A DNA stretch of 64,000 nucleotides from Octopus bimaculoides. Taxonomy: Eukaryota. Positions within the stretch are counted from its first letter, which is position 1, and the number at the start of each line of letters is the position of its first letter. The notes below the pieces were generated by a model, which worked only from the letters and a program-made list of their open reading frames with translations, made no database searches and had not been told where the DNA came from. The stretch is from assembly GCF_001194135.2 (NCBI RefSeq), contig NC_068991.1, forward strand, positions 26,461,109-26,525,108, written 5' to 3'. A program made the position numbers and the translations under genes. Below, in pieces: positions 11,075-23,597 of the stretch.

Positions 11075-11600
11075 GCATGGGAGAGCTGCGCATGCCTCAA
11101 AGTGACATTCAGGTACAAATATATGAAGCCCAATATACCCATCATGACTACCCGTTTGATAAAGTTACACCAAGCACATGCATCACAACCATATACACCC
11201 AACATAGTGATCTCATATCAAGATAAACAGGTGGAGGCCCAGTTAGAATTTTCTTGAGGTTGATTAGCTCATCCTGCTCAAAAGGTTCCTGAATAAGGGT
11301 TGTTTAAAGCTGTTGAACGAGACACCCATATTTTCCAAACCCCAAAGATTTCCTCTCAACTCATGGCTATGATGTTTTCCCAGTACTTCTGCTCGTAACC
11401 AGAGATGCACATATCATCAGCTACCGAGGGACATGTTCAATTGGTTAAAGTCACACAAGTCACAGGCAAATCTTTGGGATTGAGCAGACTATTTACTGTA
11501 GCCCATCGTTTATACGAAGACAAAACAATGTACATGATATCACTTCCAATCATTTAAGATCAGAAGCCGCGAGAACCACTGCCTGGTACTGCATCAGGGA
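11075..11600 (-). mobile_element. unclassified ~525-bp non-coding retroposon-like element
   Basis: Bounded by degenerate ATT and (CTA)n tracts; left end matches 25788-25820, right end matches 49363-49424 (43/62 ungapped). Confidence 0.55.
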
Positions 11601-11608
11601 ATTATTGT

Positions 11609-11610
<2 letters not shown>

Positions 11611-11658
<48 letters not shown>
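11611..11658. repeat. (CTA)n microsatellite
   Basis: Directly visible. Confidence 0.95.
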
Positions 11659-11676
11659 TAGTAATGGTGTTTAGGT

Positions 11677-11959
11677 CACTGCTTCTCAAACTATCTGATG
11701 AGGCATACCAACTGCTTTTTTCCAAATTTGCCAGGGACGGGTAATATTTCTTAGTAATATTAATTTATAGCGGAAACAACATATATAATGAATATAATAA
11801 CAGTTGACATGTTTTACCTTATATTCTGTAAATACAATATTACACAAGCATTTTATAAGCATGTTATGTTTCTTTCTTGTCTGGAAACTCACTGCGTACC
11901 GGCAGCTGATGCCTCGCGTATCGGCACCGGTCCGCAGACCACCAATTTGAGTAGCACTG
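11677..11959. mobile_element. hAT (Charlie-like) MITE, 283 bp
   Basis: TIRs CACTGCTTCTCAAA / TTTGAGTAGCACTG; perfect 8-bp TSD GTTTAGGT at 11669-11676 and 11960-11967. Confidence 0.9.
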
Positions 11960-12097
11960 GTTTAGGTCGTTAGTATTATTGTCTTCAATGAATATTTTTC
12001 GACAGGAACTAAAAATCCCTTTCCGTATTTCATATCTGAGAGGATTCACCTTCGAAATAATTTTCTACTGAATTATTTTTTTTATGAACAATAGGTA

Positions 12098-12121
12098 ATA
12101 TATATATATATACATATATAC

Positions 12122-12154
<33 letters not shown>

Positions 12155-12210
12155 CATATATACATACATACATACATATTTATATATATATACATACACA
12201 CGCACACACA

Positions 12211-12272
<62 letters not shown>
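12098..12272. repeat. (TA)/(CATA)/(CA) compound microsatellite
   Basis: Directly visible. Confidence 0.9.
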
Positions 12273-12273
<1 letters not shown>

Positions 12274-13024
12274 TCACTGTTTTTCTGTGATCACGGTAAT
12301 TCTCCAATATATTTTCTATTGACATATGTTGAATACACAGGCCAAATATTTAAGTTTCCTTAAATTATATTTAGAAAAAAACTTCCATGTAAACACAATC
12401 TTCAGATCTATATGAAAAAACATTATTACAATGAATGCGTCTGAATTGTATATGTTGAAACAATGTCAAAATTGCTCAAATGTACAGAAATTTGTTGAAA
12501 TATACACGCATTCACGATGACACATATACACACCCACACACGCGCGCACTCAGACAAACAATTAGGTTTGCGTAAATGCACTGAGTCATCTCAGAGAGTC
12601 ACGTAACCAGACTGGAGATTGCGTGCATTTCAGAGCCGCGGTGAATGGAAAGGGAGCCGCTGCGAACTATTTACTTACAGTGAAAAATATTCTCTGTGAC
12701 AATATACACTTAATGACTATCATACGTGTTCGAATATTTGAACTGGTAACATGATTGTGCTTCTACATGATGAGCCGGTGAATGGCGCAAAAAGTGAATG
12801 GAAAATATGGGAATATCAAAAGTTGGATGTGCCTCAAGTGTCATCAATTGGTATTGGGATATGTATTAGCTGCCTTCATATTCTATCCTGAAAGTAGGCC
12901 TATTTTGTAAAATATTCATTACATTGCTCGTGCGTGTATTTATCATAGAATTGGTGTTTTTTAAAAACTTTCGCTTTGATTTTTAGCAAGCGGTATCTTT
13001 CCCCTTCTTTTCTTCAAATATTTT

Positions 13025-13027
<3 letters not shown>

Positions 13028-13118
<91 letters not shown>

Positions 13119-13120
13119 GC
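13028..13120. repeat. (CA)n(TA)n microsatellite
   Basis: Directly visible. Confidence 0.95.
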
Positions 13121-15600
13121 ACACACATATATGTATATGCATGTATGCATGAGTGAGTGTTCGAGTTTTTATGCTATCTTACAGTTATTGTTTTTTTTGC
13201 TTTGTTCATATCTCCGTGACCTAGCAGCGTAGCAATGTGGACCGATAAAATTCGTACGAGCGAAGTCTGTGCCGCAGTATGTTGAAGTCCAAAGACACAA
13301 AACAAGCATTCAGGAGCACATTGAATATATGACACACGTACTATTTAGTTTATAGGTTTATATCGCTTCTACCCGATTTACGTTCTTTGTTCAAATTACA
13401 CCGCGGTCGACCGGGCAACATGAAAAAGGTACCAGTTAACCACTGGTGGTGGTGCAATCCTGTAGGCCCCTACCCCACGAAAAAATTTACGTTTTGTGTC
13501 CATAGAAGAAAAGATCATATTAATGTCGTTGAATGATATCAACTCTGCTCTTTTTTTGTAGTTCAGTAAGCATACATTTGCCTGCCATGATAAGTTACTG
13601 TTTTTTTCAGACATTGAATATCCAAAACTAAATGTTAACGCGATACATGATGAATATTTCTGATATTGCATGTTGTGCAGTTTTCACATTATTCTGCAAT
13701 GTTGGCGCGAATTGCAATAATGGAATAATACTTTAAATTGTTCGTATATTGAGAGACATTTGTAATTCAAATCTTTACTATATTTTCCACATGATTTCGC
13801 TTTCCTGTGTGCAGAAAGTTATAAAACCATAGAAAACAGGAAAAATGCTGAAAAAAGTTATGACCAAGTTTACGAACTCTAAATTATGTCCCTTTTGCAG
13901 GAAAAGAATTAACTGTAATCCACTGTTATATCATTTTTACTTTCAGATCTTTTCGCTTATTTCTCTTTCTGAAAATGAACCAGAAAATTCTAAAGAGTTC
14001 TTTTTTCAGCTCCTTACGTGCCTGAACTGCAAGTGATGCAATTTGCAAGCGTTTGCGATAATGGAACGCAAGAACTAGAACATATTTCCACATATAGAAA
14101 TTAGTACGTATATATCACTGAATTGAATTAGAATTGCAATAGTTTTTTTACTTGCCAGTCACAATTTCCAATCACTGTACAATTAAGATGAAAGATTCCA
14201 AACTGGTTCGTGAAGTTTAATATGCGTAGATATTAGTTTAAAGTATGTGAGTCAAACTGTTTCCATTTAATAAAAACGTAACACACCATACTGCTTACCT
14301 GCTAACGAGATTGAGCTATGAATAACGGATTCAGGGATCGTAGTTGAGAGTGTGTTATGTTGCGAAAATAGTTTTTCTCACGTTCTGATGACGTCATTGA
14401 TAGTCCAGTAGTGTGTTTTTCACACATTTTGCATAACAGGAGAATTTATCTCCCGAAGCAGAATCCGCTGCAAATATTTCACCACGTTTGAATGTACACG
14501 AATGTATTTCAATCAACGCTACTTGGTGCGTCACTAGTTAATAGTCGATACCAAGATGTGACAAACAAGCCGGAGGTAGGTCAATGTTCTATGGAAAATC
14601 AATGCCAATTTATGCGCCCATGTCCAATAAAACTTTCACCAGTTTTTCAACATCAATTATACCAGCAACATGTGCGACACAATGTACCAAAACATTAAAT
14701 TTTGTTAGTCAGGGTGCTTAAGAGAGTAAAGAATATGCAGAGATTAAGAAAGCAGCATATTAGTGCCATTAAAGTACCAAATATCCAACAACCAAGAAAG
14801 ATGGAATGATTTCAATGTATATATATATANNNNNNNNNNNNNNNNNNNNNNNNNNNNNNNNNNNNNNNNNNNNNNNNNNNNNNNNNNNNNNNNNNNNNNN
14901 NNNNNNNNNNNNNNNNNNNNNNNNNNNNNNNNNNNNNNNNNNNNNNNNNNNNNNNNNNNNNNNNNNNNNNNNNNNNNNNNNNNNNNNNNNNNNNNNNNNN
15001 NNNNNNNNNNNNNNNNNNNNNNNNNNNNNNNNNNNNNNNNNNNNNNNNNNNNNNNNNNNNNNNNNNNNNNNNNNNNNNNNNNNNNNNNNNNNNNNNNNNN
15101 NNNNNNNNNNNNNNNNNNNNNNNNNNNNNNNNNNNNNNNNNNNNNNNNNNNNNNNNNNNNNNNNNNNNNNNNNNNNNNNNNNNNNNNNNNNNNNNNNNNN
15201 NNNNNNNNNNNNNNNNNNNNNNNNNNNNNNNNNNNNNNNNNNNNNNNNNNNNNNNNNNNNNNNNNNNNNNNNNNNNNNNNNNNNNNNNNNNNNNNNNNNN
15301 NNNNNNNNNNNNNNNNNNNNNNNNNNNNNNNNNNNNNNNNNNNNNNNNNNNNNNNNNNNNNNNNNNNNNNNNNNNNNNNNNNNNNNNNNNNNNNNNNNNN
15401 NNNNNNNNNNNNNNNNNNNNNNNNNNNNNNNNNNNNNNNNNNNNNNNNNNNNNNNNNNNNNNNNNNNNNNNNNNNNNNNNNNNNNNNNNNNNNNNNNNNN
15501 NNNNNNNNNNNNNNNNNNNNNNNNNNNNNNNNNNNNNNNNNNNNNNNNNNNNNNNNNNNNNNNNNNNNNNNNNNNNNNNNNNNNNNNNNNNTATATAATG

Positions 15601-15672
15601 TATATAAGGGCATTAACTATATAGTAATGCCTCAAGCGTGAGGCATTACTATATAGTTAATACCCTTATATA
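15601..15672. repeat. near-perfect 72-bp palindrome (34-bp arms, 4-nt loop)
   Basis: TATATAAGGGCATTAACTATATAGTAATGCCTCA-AGCG-TGAGGCATTACTATATAGTTAATACCCTTATATA, one mismatch. Confidence 0.9.
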
Positions 15673-17707
15673 AATTATATATATTTATCGGAAAAAAACG
15701 ATGGGTTTTTTTCCCTATGGGGTTTTTTCACGCTGACTACTTGATAAATTCTTATAAAGATTTTATCCTATATTATTTTATATATATATATATGCATTAT
15801 TACGTTTTATGAGTAGCGTTTTAGATTGTCTTTGGTTTATTTCTAGCAATTTCTGCCAAGAATTATTATTGTATTTCGATCTGTTAATGCTATTATATTT
15901 TGTGTATTGAACAAAATCTAGACCATATTGAATATTTCTAGCCTTTGCAGAAATCAGGATTTCTAATTATCTTCCAAGATCTGGACAAAGAAAGGATAAA
16001 TTAGACGATAATTATATAGATCATTGTCTGGTATTTCTTTTATAATTGAAGCATATCAATTTCAAAGAGTAGCCAAGCAATACCCAGTGAGGAAATAAGA
16101 GAAACTTTTGAATAAAAGAAGGAATAAAGTATAAAAGGCGTTCCGTAAACGACTGAGATTATACTAACATTGGTGACAGTATAGTTAGGGGCAAATAGTG
16201 CAAGAATGGTTCTCGTAATTCTGTACAAGATATGAAATTGCAAGGGCAATTAAAATAAATAAAGTGTCTATTATATAGAATCATTTCTAGTCCCTTACAA
16301 AGGAGATTAATCTTCAAGAATAGGACCGCATCGGATTTGTGATTAAAACATTTAACATTTCGTGATGTCTTTGTTTCATAATAGCAGATATAGTTACCAG
16401 TAAACTGAGGTTTGAGTTAGGTACAAATAATACTAGACGCTAGTTATATAGGTGTGTATCTCCATTGTTCGACATTATCGGTTCAGCTGTTCTTTCAACT
16501 GATGTTCCTTCTTTCGTTGAACTAATGTATGACAACATTTCAGATATATATATATATATATATATATATAATACGCAGAGAGAATCACCATGTTATAATA
16601 TGTGACTAGGATTCTCCTTTTAAATTACAGCTACATGCCTACGACTCAATGAATCCTCCACCACGCCAACTTTATTCACACGGTATGGCTCAGACCTTGC
16701 CTATAGAAAATAATATTTGTTCAAGGTGCAACTAAGTGGGGTAGAGCGCTAGTAATCTTAATATAGTGAATTATGGAATGCTGCTTATTCAAGATAGTCC
16801 AAATTGATGACAACTAATTGCTGCATAAATTATCTTTCTTCCTTTAAAACGCAGGACAAGATATCTAGCCAAAAAGTAAATATTTAATATTTGGATATAT
16901 ATGCAGTCGTATCAGGGAGTCTGCTATAGTCACCATGATTTTTAATATATCCACCCGTTTGTGCCAGAGAAATTTAAATAATCTCAAGTTATTACAGCTT
17001 GTGAAAATGTTAAATATACAAGATGAAGACCAGGACAAGATTATATTTCCAAAATTAAAAAGTAATTTTCATATTTGTTATTATTTGATTACCTGGAGTG
17101 ATCAAATAAAAAGGTATGTGATTAAAATTTATTCCAAGTCCATAGTGTAAATTAAATGACAGAACATCTCAACGATGCTGCCTACTTGACAGATATCTCC
17201 GGTTATTAATGATGTTAATTAATATTAAATCGTTGATTATGCATGAAAAAATTCTAAATAAATTTGCCTATGTTCCAGTATATTTATTTAAAACGAAATA
17301 TTATTATTTGTTTTAATGATTTGTAAATTACTACCAAGTATGCCTCCTGTGCAATAATAATATCATTCTTCATATATGTCAATATATTATTTAGGAAAAT
17401 TTCTCATGTGGCTGTAGTTCTGTTTCCAATTTTGCTTCGTTAAGCCTAAAAAAAGGAAATAATAAGGAGTGTTCACCTTCTTAACCAATGGCAAAGATGG
17501 AGCGTGATATAATGTTTTCGGCTTATTCAGAAACTGAAATGCCTTCGCAAGCATTAATTTCTTAAACCAAAGTTTCAATATAGCCACAATCATCAGAACA
17601 TTGAATTGAATGTTTCGCAATATTTTGACACACTGAAGATAGATTTCAAATCCCACCCATCTTAAGGTTGTCTTTCATCATTTCGGTGTCTCTAAGAGAT
17701 ATCAGTC

Positions 17708-17801
17708 CAAGGCAGTGGATTGGTTTAACTATAAGAGCACCAGACAGAATGCCTTGCCGGTTCTTTACTGGCTCTTTAAGTTCTGAGTTCAAATTCTGCT
17801 A
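17708..17801 (+). mobile_element. degenerate SINE head (family A-like)
   Basis: Ends in GTTCTGAGTTCAAATTCTGC as in the family A copies. Confidence 0.6.
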
Positions 17802-17872
17802 AGGCATACTTGAGTAATAGGCATACTTTAGTAATAGGCATACTTGAGTAATTGGCATACTTGAGTAATAGG
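17802..17872 (+). repeat. 17-bp minisatellite x4 (AGGCATACTTGAGTAAT)
   Basis: Four head-to-tail units, two with a single substitution, no spacers. Confidence 0.95.
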
Positions 17873-18104
17873 ATTGCCTGAAAACAACGTAAGCTTTAAG
17901 AGAGTCTGGAAAATAAAGCTTTTTGCTACGATATTTTTGGCAACGTATCATGGATTGCAATGTACACAATATATCTAAAATCATCGATCAAATGACTTCA
18001 TATACATTGGACCAATAAACAGCAGACTCAAAGCCTAACAGAAATATTTCAAATATTAAAACAGCCACCACTCACACTTACAGGGAGAGCAGAGATATTA
18101 TTTA

Positions 18105-18338
18105 TTTAATTCTTGATTGCCCATAAGGGGCTTAACAAAGAAGGGACAAACAAGGACAGACAAAGGGACAAAGTCGATTACATCAACTGCAGTGCGTAAC
18201 TGGTGCTTGTTTAATCGACCCCGAAAGGATGAATGGCAAAGTCGACCTCGGCAGAATTTGAACTCAGAACATAAAGACGGACAAAATGCCGCTAACCATT
18301 TCGCCAGGTATACTAACGAATCTGTCTGCTCGCCGCCA
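18105..18338 (-). mobile_element. tRNA-derived SINE, family A
   Basis: Reverse complement reads GGCGGCGAGCAG...GTTCTGAGTTCAAATTCTGCCGAGGTCGACTTTGCC..CATCCTTTCGGGGTCGAT. Confidence 0.9.
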
Positions 18339-18345
18339 TTTTTTG

Positions 18346-18398
<53 letters not shown>
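18346..18398. repeat. (AAT)n microsatellite
   Basis: Directly visible. Confidence 0.95.
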
Positions 18399-18399
<1 letters not shown>

Positions 18400-20165
18400 T
18401 TGGGTAAATTGCGACCCTTATATTTTTTCCACTGGTATGTTTTTAGCAAGCAACCCTAGTAGCAAAGCATGACAGCAATGAACATAGCCTACCCACATTC
18501 CGATGTAGTGTATATTTGATAACTTTAATTTTTCTGAACATTTAATATGTGAGGATTTGATATGACATTAACTGGTTGTTAGTTGAAACCTATGTTTGAG
18601 GTCAAGTGAAAAATCAACTCGTGTTAAACTAAGTCAAATAGTTGGCAGCATGCGCCTATGAATGTCATATAAAATTAATATATATTAAGACACCACCTAG
18701 TTCAGAACATTATGGAACACGCCTACATATGGTGCTTTCGAATTACAGCCAGTGCATGTTGTATTACTTCCACTTTCAAGCCCATGTCTTTATTCTATTC
18801 TATTTGTGATACATGTTTAGTTTCGTATCTAATCATCTTAAATTGAATAGGCCTTTAACAAATATTACTCTCATCTTGTATGCTTTGTCTTTGAAGATTT
18901 GAAGGTCGTAGGAATGTGGTTATGTTATTACGTTGAATTGGTGACAAAGGATAATTTTAAAAGCAGAATCGTTTGAATTTTCTGAAACTGGCCTCTCGAT
19001 TTGCAGAAAAAGTTTTTCACAACAAATTCCGATATAACTGGATTGTATCAACTTTCTTTTGTCCAGTGAAGTAAATAATATAGTAAGCTAAAGTGATATA
19101 GTTTATTGCAGTTACACACACAGAAACACAGACAGAGATACATTTTCATCTCTGTCGTTATAAAAAGGAAAGTGTGTTTGTTTTCACACAGCCCGATTTT
19201 TTTTCGCCTCATAACATTCAGGAAAATGGGTATGTTGTAATAAAAGTTTATAGAGCTCATTTCTGGCATTTATCCACACTTCGTTCTTCGTTTGCTTCCG
19301 TCTCCTTGCTCTTACTCGCGAGGATCCTAGCCATGTAGCAGCAACCTCTTCTAACTTCTTCCTTTCGTATTTCCATTGTTTCGCGCGTAACCGCCTCGAA
19401 AGCACGTCACTCCAAACGGTAATTCGAGTCGTATGCAAACAAACCTTTTCGTTTCGATCTCTTCGAACAAGTCGGCTGGGACATCGAAAACGACGAGGCC
19501 GCCGGTGACGCTGCCGCTCACCGTGCGGACGCGACGGGTGGACGCGTCGAGCGGACGCGACGGGCGGAGGCTAAGGCCGAGCTAAGGCATGCGTCTTGAG
19601 TTTGAGATGCTTTTGGAAAACAGCTCGGGTCCGGCTACTGTTCCGGCTTAGAGTCGTTCAGCCGTTATCGGTCAGAAGTTTTAAGTTTTTAGTGTATTAT
19701 ATAGATGTAATTTTTGACGCTGAATCCGAATTTGTTATTGATATATTCGAAACCAATTTTTGCAAAAATGGTAAAAGGTGTTCAAAGCTGCCTCTTCCAT
19801 CATCGGGGATGGAAGGTGGAGTGGCATCTGCATGTCAAAACATTGCTACGCACACATACATACATATACTCACACAAAGTTGAAATGCTGTTTTTATTTT
19901 TATTTTCAGCGTTGAATATTCACCATCCCACTTCCATTGCATCCACACACTCACATACAAGCGCATAAACATTCACATACCTTCCTTTTACACACACATA
20001 TACTCACACAGAGTGGAATCTCTCCCACTACCAGTTTGCCATCGCCCCTTTCCTCATCATTCATGTCATCCTTTACTTACTCATTCATACGTTGTGACGT
20101 AGAAAAAGATAAAGAGCATTATTATAGTAGAATATCATCTTTCTCGTATCTCCCACTCCTCCTTG

Positions 20166-20229
20166 TGCGTATGCGCAACATCTTTGGTTACTATGGAAAC
20201 AGCGTTTATCGCCACGTAGATGTATAAAA
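20166..20229. promoter_or_regulatory. candidate promoter motif cluster: NRF1-like site, RFX X-box, CCACGT, TATAAAA
   Basis: TGCGTATGCGCA (20166-20177), GTTACTATGGAAAC (20187-20200), GCCACGTA (20211-20218), TATAAAA (20223-20229), in sequence with no recognised repeat. Confidence 0.5.
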
Positions 20230-21589
20230 TACTCGCTTCTGATTTTAAGGGCTTATAACGTTTTAATTATGGATTAATAGAAAAAAATGAAATCCATTTT
20301 CATAATTAGTATACAAAACCTAACATATATATAATTAATATATATGTATATATGAGTTAGAGGCTAGACAACCATCTAAGGGATAATACTTATCCTATAT
20401 ACAACTGGATGTGTACCTATATATTTCCAAATGCTTGCTGTTGTAAGGCTAGAGTGCAATTGAATAATAGGTATGTGTGGAGGTAAACAAAAGTTTAATG
20501 AGAATTTATAAGGCAAGGAAGAAATTGGAGAAGATAATTAACAAACACCAACTTACAGACATTAGCTAGATCTATTTATGAATTACAATCATATGAATAA
20601 ATAGATAAAGATGAATGACTGAGTATAACACTACTCTTAGATCTATTTCTACTTTGGGGGTCCAGCATACAAAAGTTGGCACATCATACCAAGATTATAC
20701 AAAGATTATCCAAAAATAGAACAAACATTGGACAAAATTTGAACCCCAAAGCTTCCTCAGAGAGTCCATAATGGTAAGAATCAAACAAGTAAACAAGTAA
20801 AATAAAATAATAAAAAGTAGTAAAAAATAGTAAAAATGTAATATCCAGACGTTGTGAGATCACATCTTATTTTAATCTAATGGGGGATATAGTGAAGATA
20901 AAACGCTATATGCTGGAGTTAATGGGATGATCCATATAATAGGGGTCATTAGTTAGATACTAAAAACTATGCAACAGAATAGCAATAAAATTTAGTTAAT
21001 GTAAACAAATTTGGAGAAATCAATACGTAATTATATAAATATGTGTGTGTGTGTGTGCGTGCATGTGTATGTGAGTGTGTGTGAAGAACTTTTCAGTCGC
21101 TTATCCAGCATGGCTGCAATCAAATAGCTAAAACAAGTAAAAGAATAAAAGAAGAGATTATCATTGATGGCGTTTTACAAGTGTTATGTCTCCTATGCAG
21201 AGAATAAGTAATGGTATATAGGGTAATATTCCTAACAGTCACAAACTAACGTTAAGAAAAAATATTTTTCCTTTTTTAATCATAGCGAAATGTCTTTCAA
21301 ACATTGCTCGTTCATTCTTGGCACAGAAGAAATCCAACCAGTAAAGGGCTTCGATGATACGGGTGATTTTACGCAAAATATATGTAGGAGCTGGTTTGAT
21401 TGTTTAGAGTAAAAGCAGTATAAGCCAATGGTTAAAGAGGAAGCTAGGTAGAAAGTTTTAATACAAGCCAAAGATATGGTGTTCTAAGCTATATAAATCG
21501 ATTGATTTAGTATTACAAGTTAGAGATGTCAAGAAAGTTGGAATCTGAATCTGGTAAAATGTTTTAAAATCAATAGCAAGTGTGCCTGT

Positions 21590-21605
21590 AGGTGTATGTG
21601 TGTGC

Positions 21606-21669
<64 letters not shown>

Positions 21670-21707
21670 NNNNNNNNNNNNNNNNNNNNNNNNNNNNNNN
21701 NNNNNNN

Positions 21708-21745
<38 letters not shown>
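21590..21745. repeat. (TA)/(TG) microsatellite with gap
   Basis: Directly visible. Confidence 0.9.
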
Positions 21746-22067
21746 AATTTTATATACACATACATATACATGCATGTGTACATATAATGATGTCTATATA
21801 TATTCATGCATACTAGCTGGTTCCGTGAAAAATTCTTGGAAAATATAAATAATGTAAGCCTCTATAAATTGTGTGCTGGTGCCATGAAAATAGTTTCTAT
21901 ATTCTGACACTTATAGAATATAGAAAGAAGTCTAAAACCGATAACTATATAATCCAACCAAAATATCTCAGTTACGCAAACGTAAACACAATTACTATTT
22001 AGCCTTACAATACTTTGTACATATTCAAAGAACGTTCTTGGTTTAGCAGTACGGAATGTTCTTCTGG

Positions 22068-22221
22068 TATTCTTTTATTCTTATAGTTGTTTCAGTCATT
22101 TGACGGTAGCCATACTGGAGCACACAGCAGCCTCGGTTGTCAAGGGTTGGTAGTGGGGGGACAACCATAGACACAAACACACACATAAATACACACACAC
22201 ACAGACACACACACACGCACG

Positions 22222-22274
<53 letters not shown>
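22068..22274 (-). mobile_element. SINE family B 3' part with internal (TG)n
   Basis: Reverse complement has GCTCCAGTATGGC..GTCAAATGACTGAAACAA..AAGAATAAAAGAATA tail shared with 31390-31470 and 58710-58765. Confidence 0.75.
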
Positions 22275-23597
22275 NNNNNNNNNNNNNNNNNNNNNNNNNN
22301 NNNNNNNNNNNNNNNNNNNNNNNNNNNNNNNNNNNNNNNNNNNNNNNNNNNNNNNNNNNNNNNNNNNNNNNNNNNNNNNNNNNNNNNNNNNNNNNNNNNN
22401 NNNNNNNNNNNNNNNNNNNNNNNNNNNNNNNNNNNNNNNNNNNNNNNNNNNNNNNNNNNNNNNNNNNNNNNNNNNNNNNNNNNNNNNNNNNNNNNNNNNN
22501 NNNNNNNNNNNNNNNNNNNNNNNNNNNNNNNNNNNNNNNNNNNNNNNNNNNNNNNNNNNNNNNNNNNNNNNNNNNNNNNNNNNNNNNNNNNNNNNNNNNN
22601 NNNNNNNNNNNNNNNNNNNNNNNNNNNNNNNNNNNNNNNNNNNNNNNNNAGAGAGAGAGAGATAGGCAGATGAGATAAAAACGTTAGCAGATATGGAGAT
22701 AATGCCACGAGAATGCAGTTTGTCGGTAAACTATCTATCTCCACACGCGCACTGTTATTGCCTTTTATAGACATTGTGAATAAAACATGACAACAGAAAT
22801 CAGCACACGCTCATCCATTGATAATTCAAAACAGTATGCACCTCATGGACAATGAAGCTGCAGATTTGTAGATTAGATGAATGTGTGTCTAAATACATTC
22901 ATACAAACAGACACGCATTGACATAAACTTCATATATCTAAAATATTTTGTATAAACTTCAAAAGACTAATTATTCATTCTCATCGTAAATATCTTCGAT
23001 ATTTCATATAATCCATCAGAATAATGACAGAATATTTCGTTCTTCAACTTGTACTTAAGCTCTAAAATGCATTTGTTCTTTCACGTAATAACATACTTCA
23101 GGTAGATTTCCAATTCCTAAGTGTATTTTGGTAATCAAAGATAAGTATGTATGATTAACCTTCGATAATCTGTAAAAAGCCCATTTATATTTCACAATAG
23201 TCTTTCTTTTTTACCTTGGTACGCTAGATGAAAAAGAAAATTCTTTTCATGTAAGCTTTTCTCTGTAATCCGCAATACAGAACAATAATCACGTATTAAA
23301 CGGTTTTAACACAAATTCTATTTCTATTAGAATAGAATTACAATCGTTCATCAAAAGCATTATTTTCGTAACGAAAATACGATTTCCCCTCTCAAGTTTC
23401 GTCATGGTTTGAGTCTGATGTAGTTAGTTTGTGTTTAAGTTAATGGCCTCAGCGGAAATACCTAGTTGTTTTAGGTTTGTTTAGTTTAATCGAATATCGG
23501 ATATAAAATTTCGTTTCAAATCAACAGTAAATTTTGTTTTCTTGTTATTAAAACTGTGACATAAATATTATTAAAATGTTGCCATAAACATGTTTAA

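Noticed and set aside
11696-11750. CTGATGAGGCA...TGCC as a hammerhead
   Set aside because: No GAAA follows the stem, and it lies in the subterminal region of the hAT MITE.
14389-14396. Perfect CRE TGACGTCA
   Set aside because: A single 8-mer is expected by chance in 64 kb; no supporting cluster.
16040-16249. Hydrophobic 69-aa minus-strand ORF as a membrane protein exon
   Set aside because: Hydrophobicity follows from T-richness; several frames and splice sites are equally plausible and no family is recognised.
17802-17872. 17-bp repeats as a CRISPR array
   Set aside because: No spacers, unit too short, eukaryotic context, no cas genes.
19380-19560. GLVVFDVPADLFEEIE as a DDX21 GUCT-domain fragment
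   Set aside because: The similarity is a few residues, the frame has no start or acceptor, and the opposite strand is equally open.
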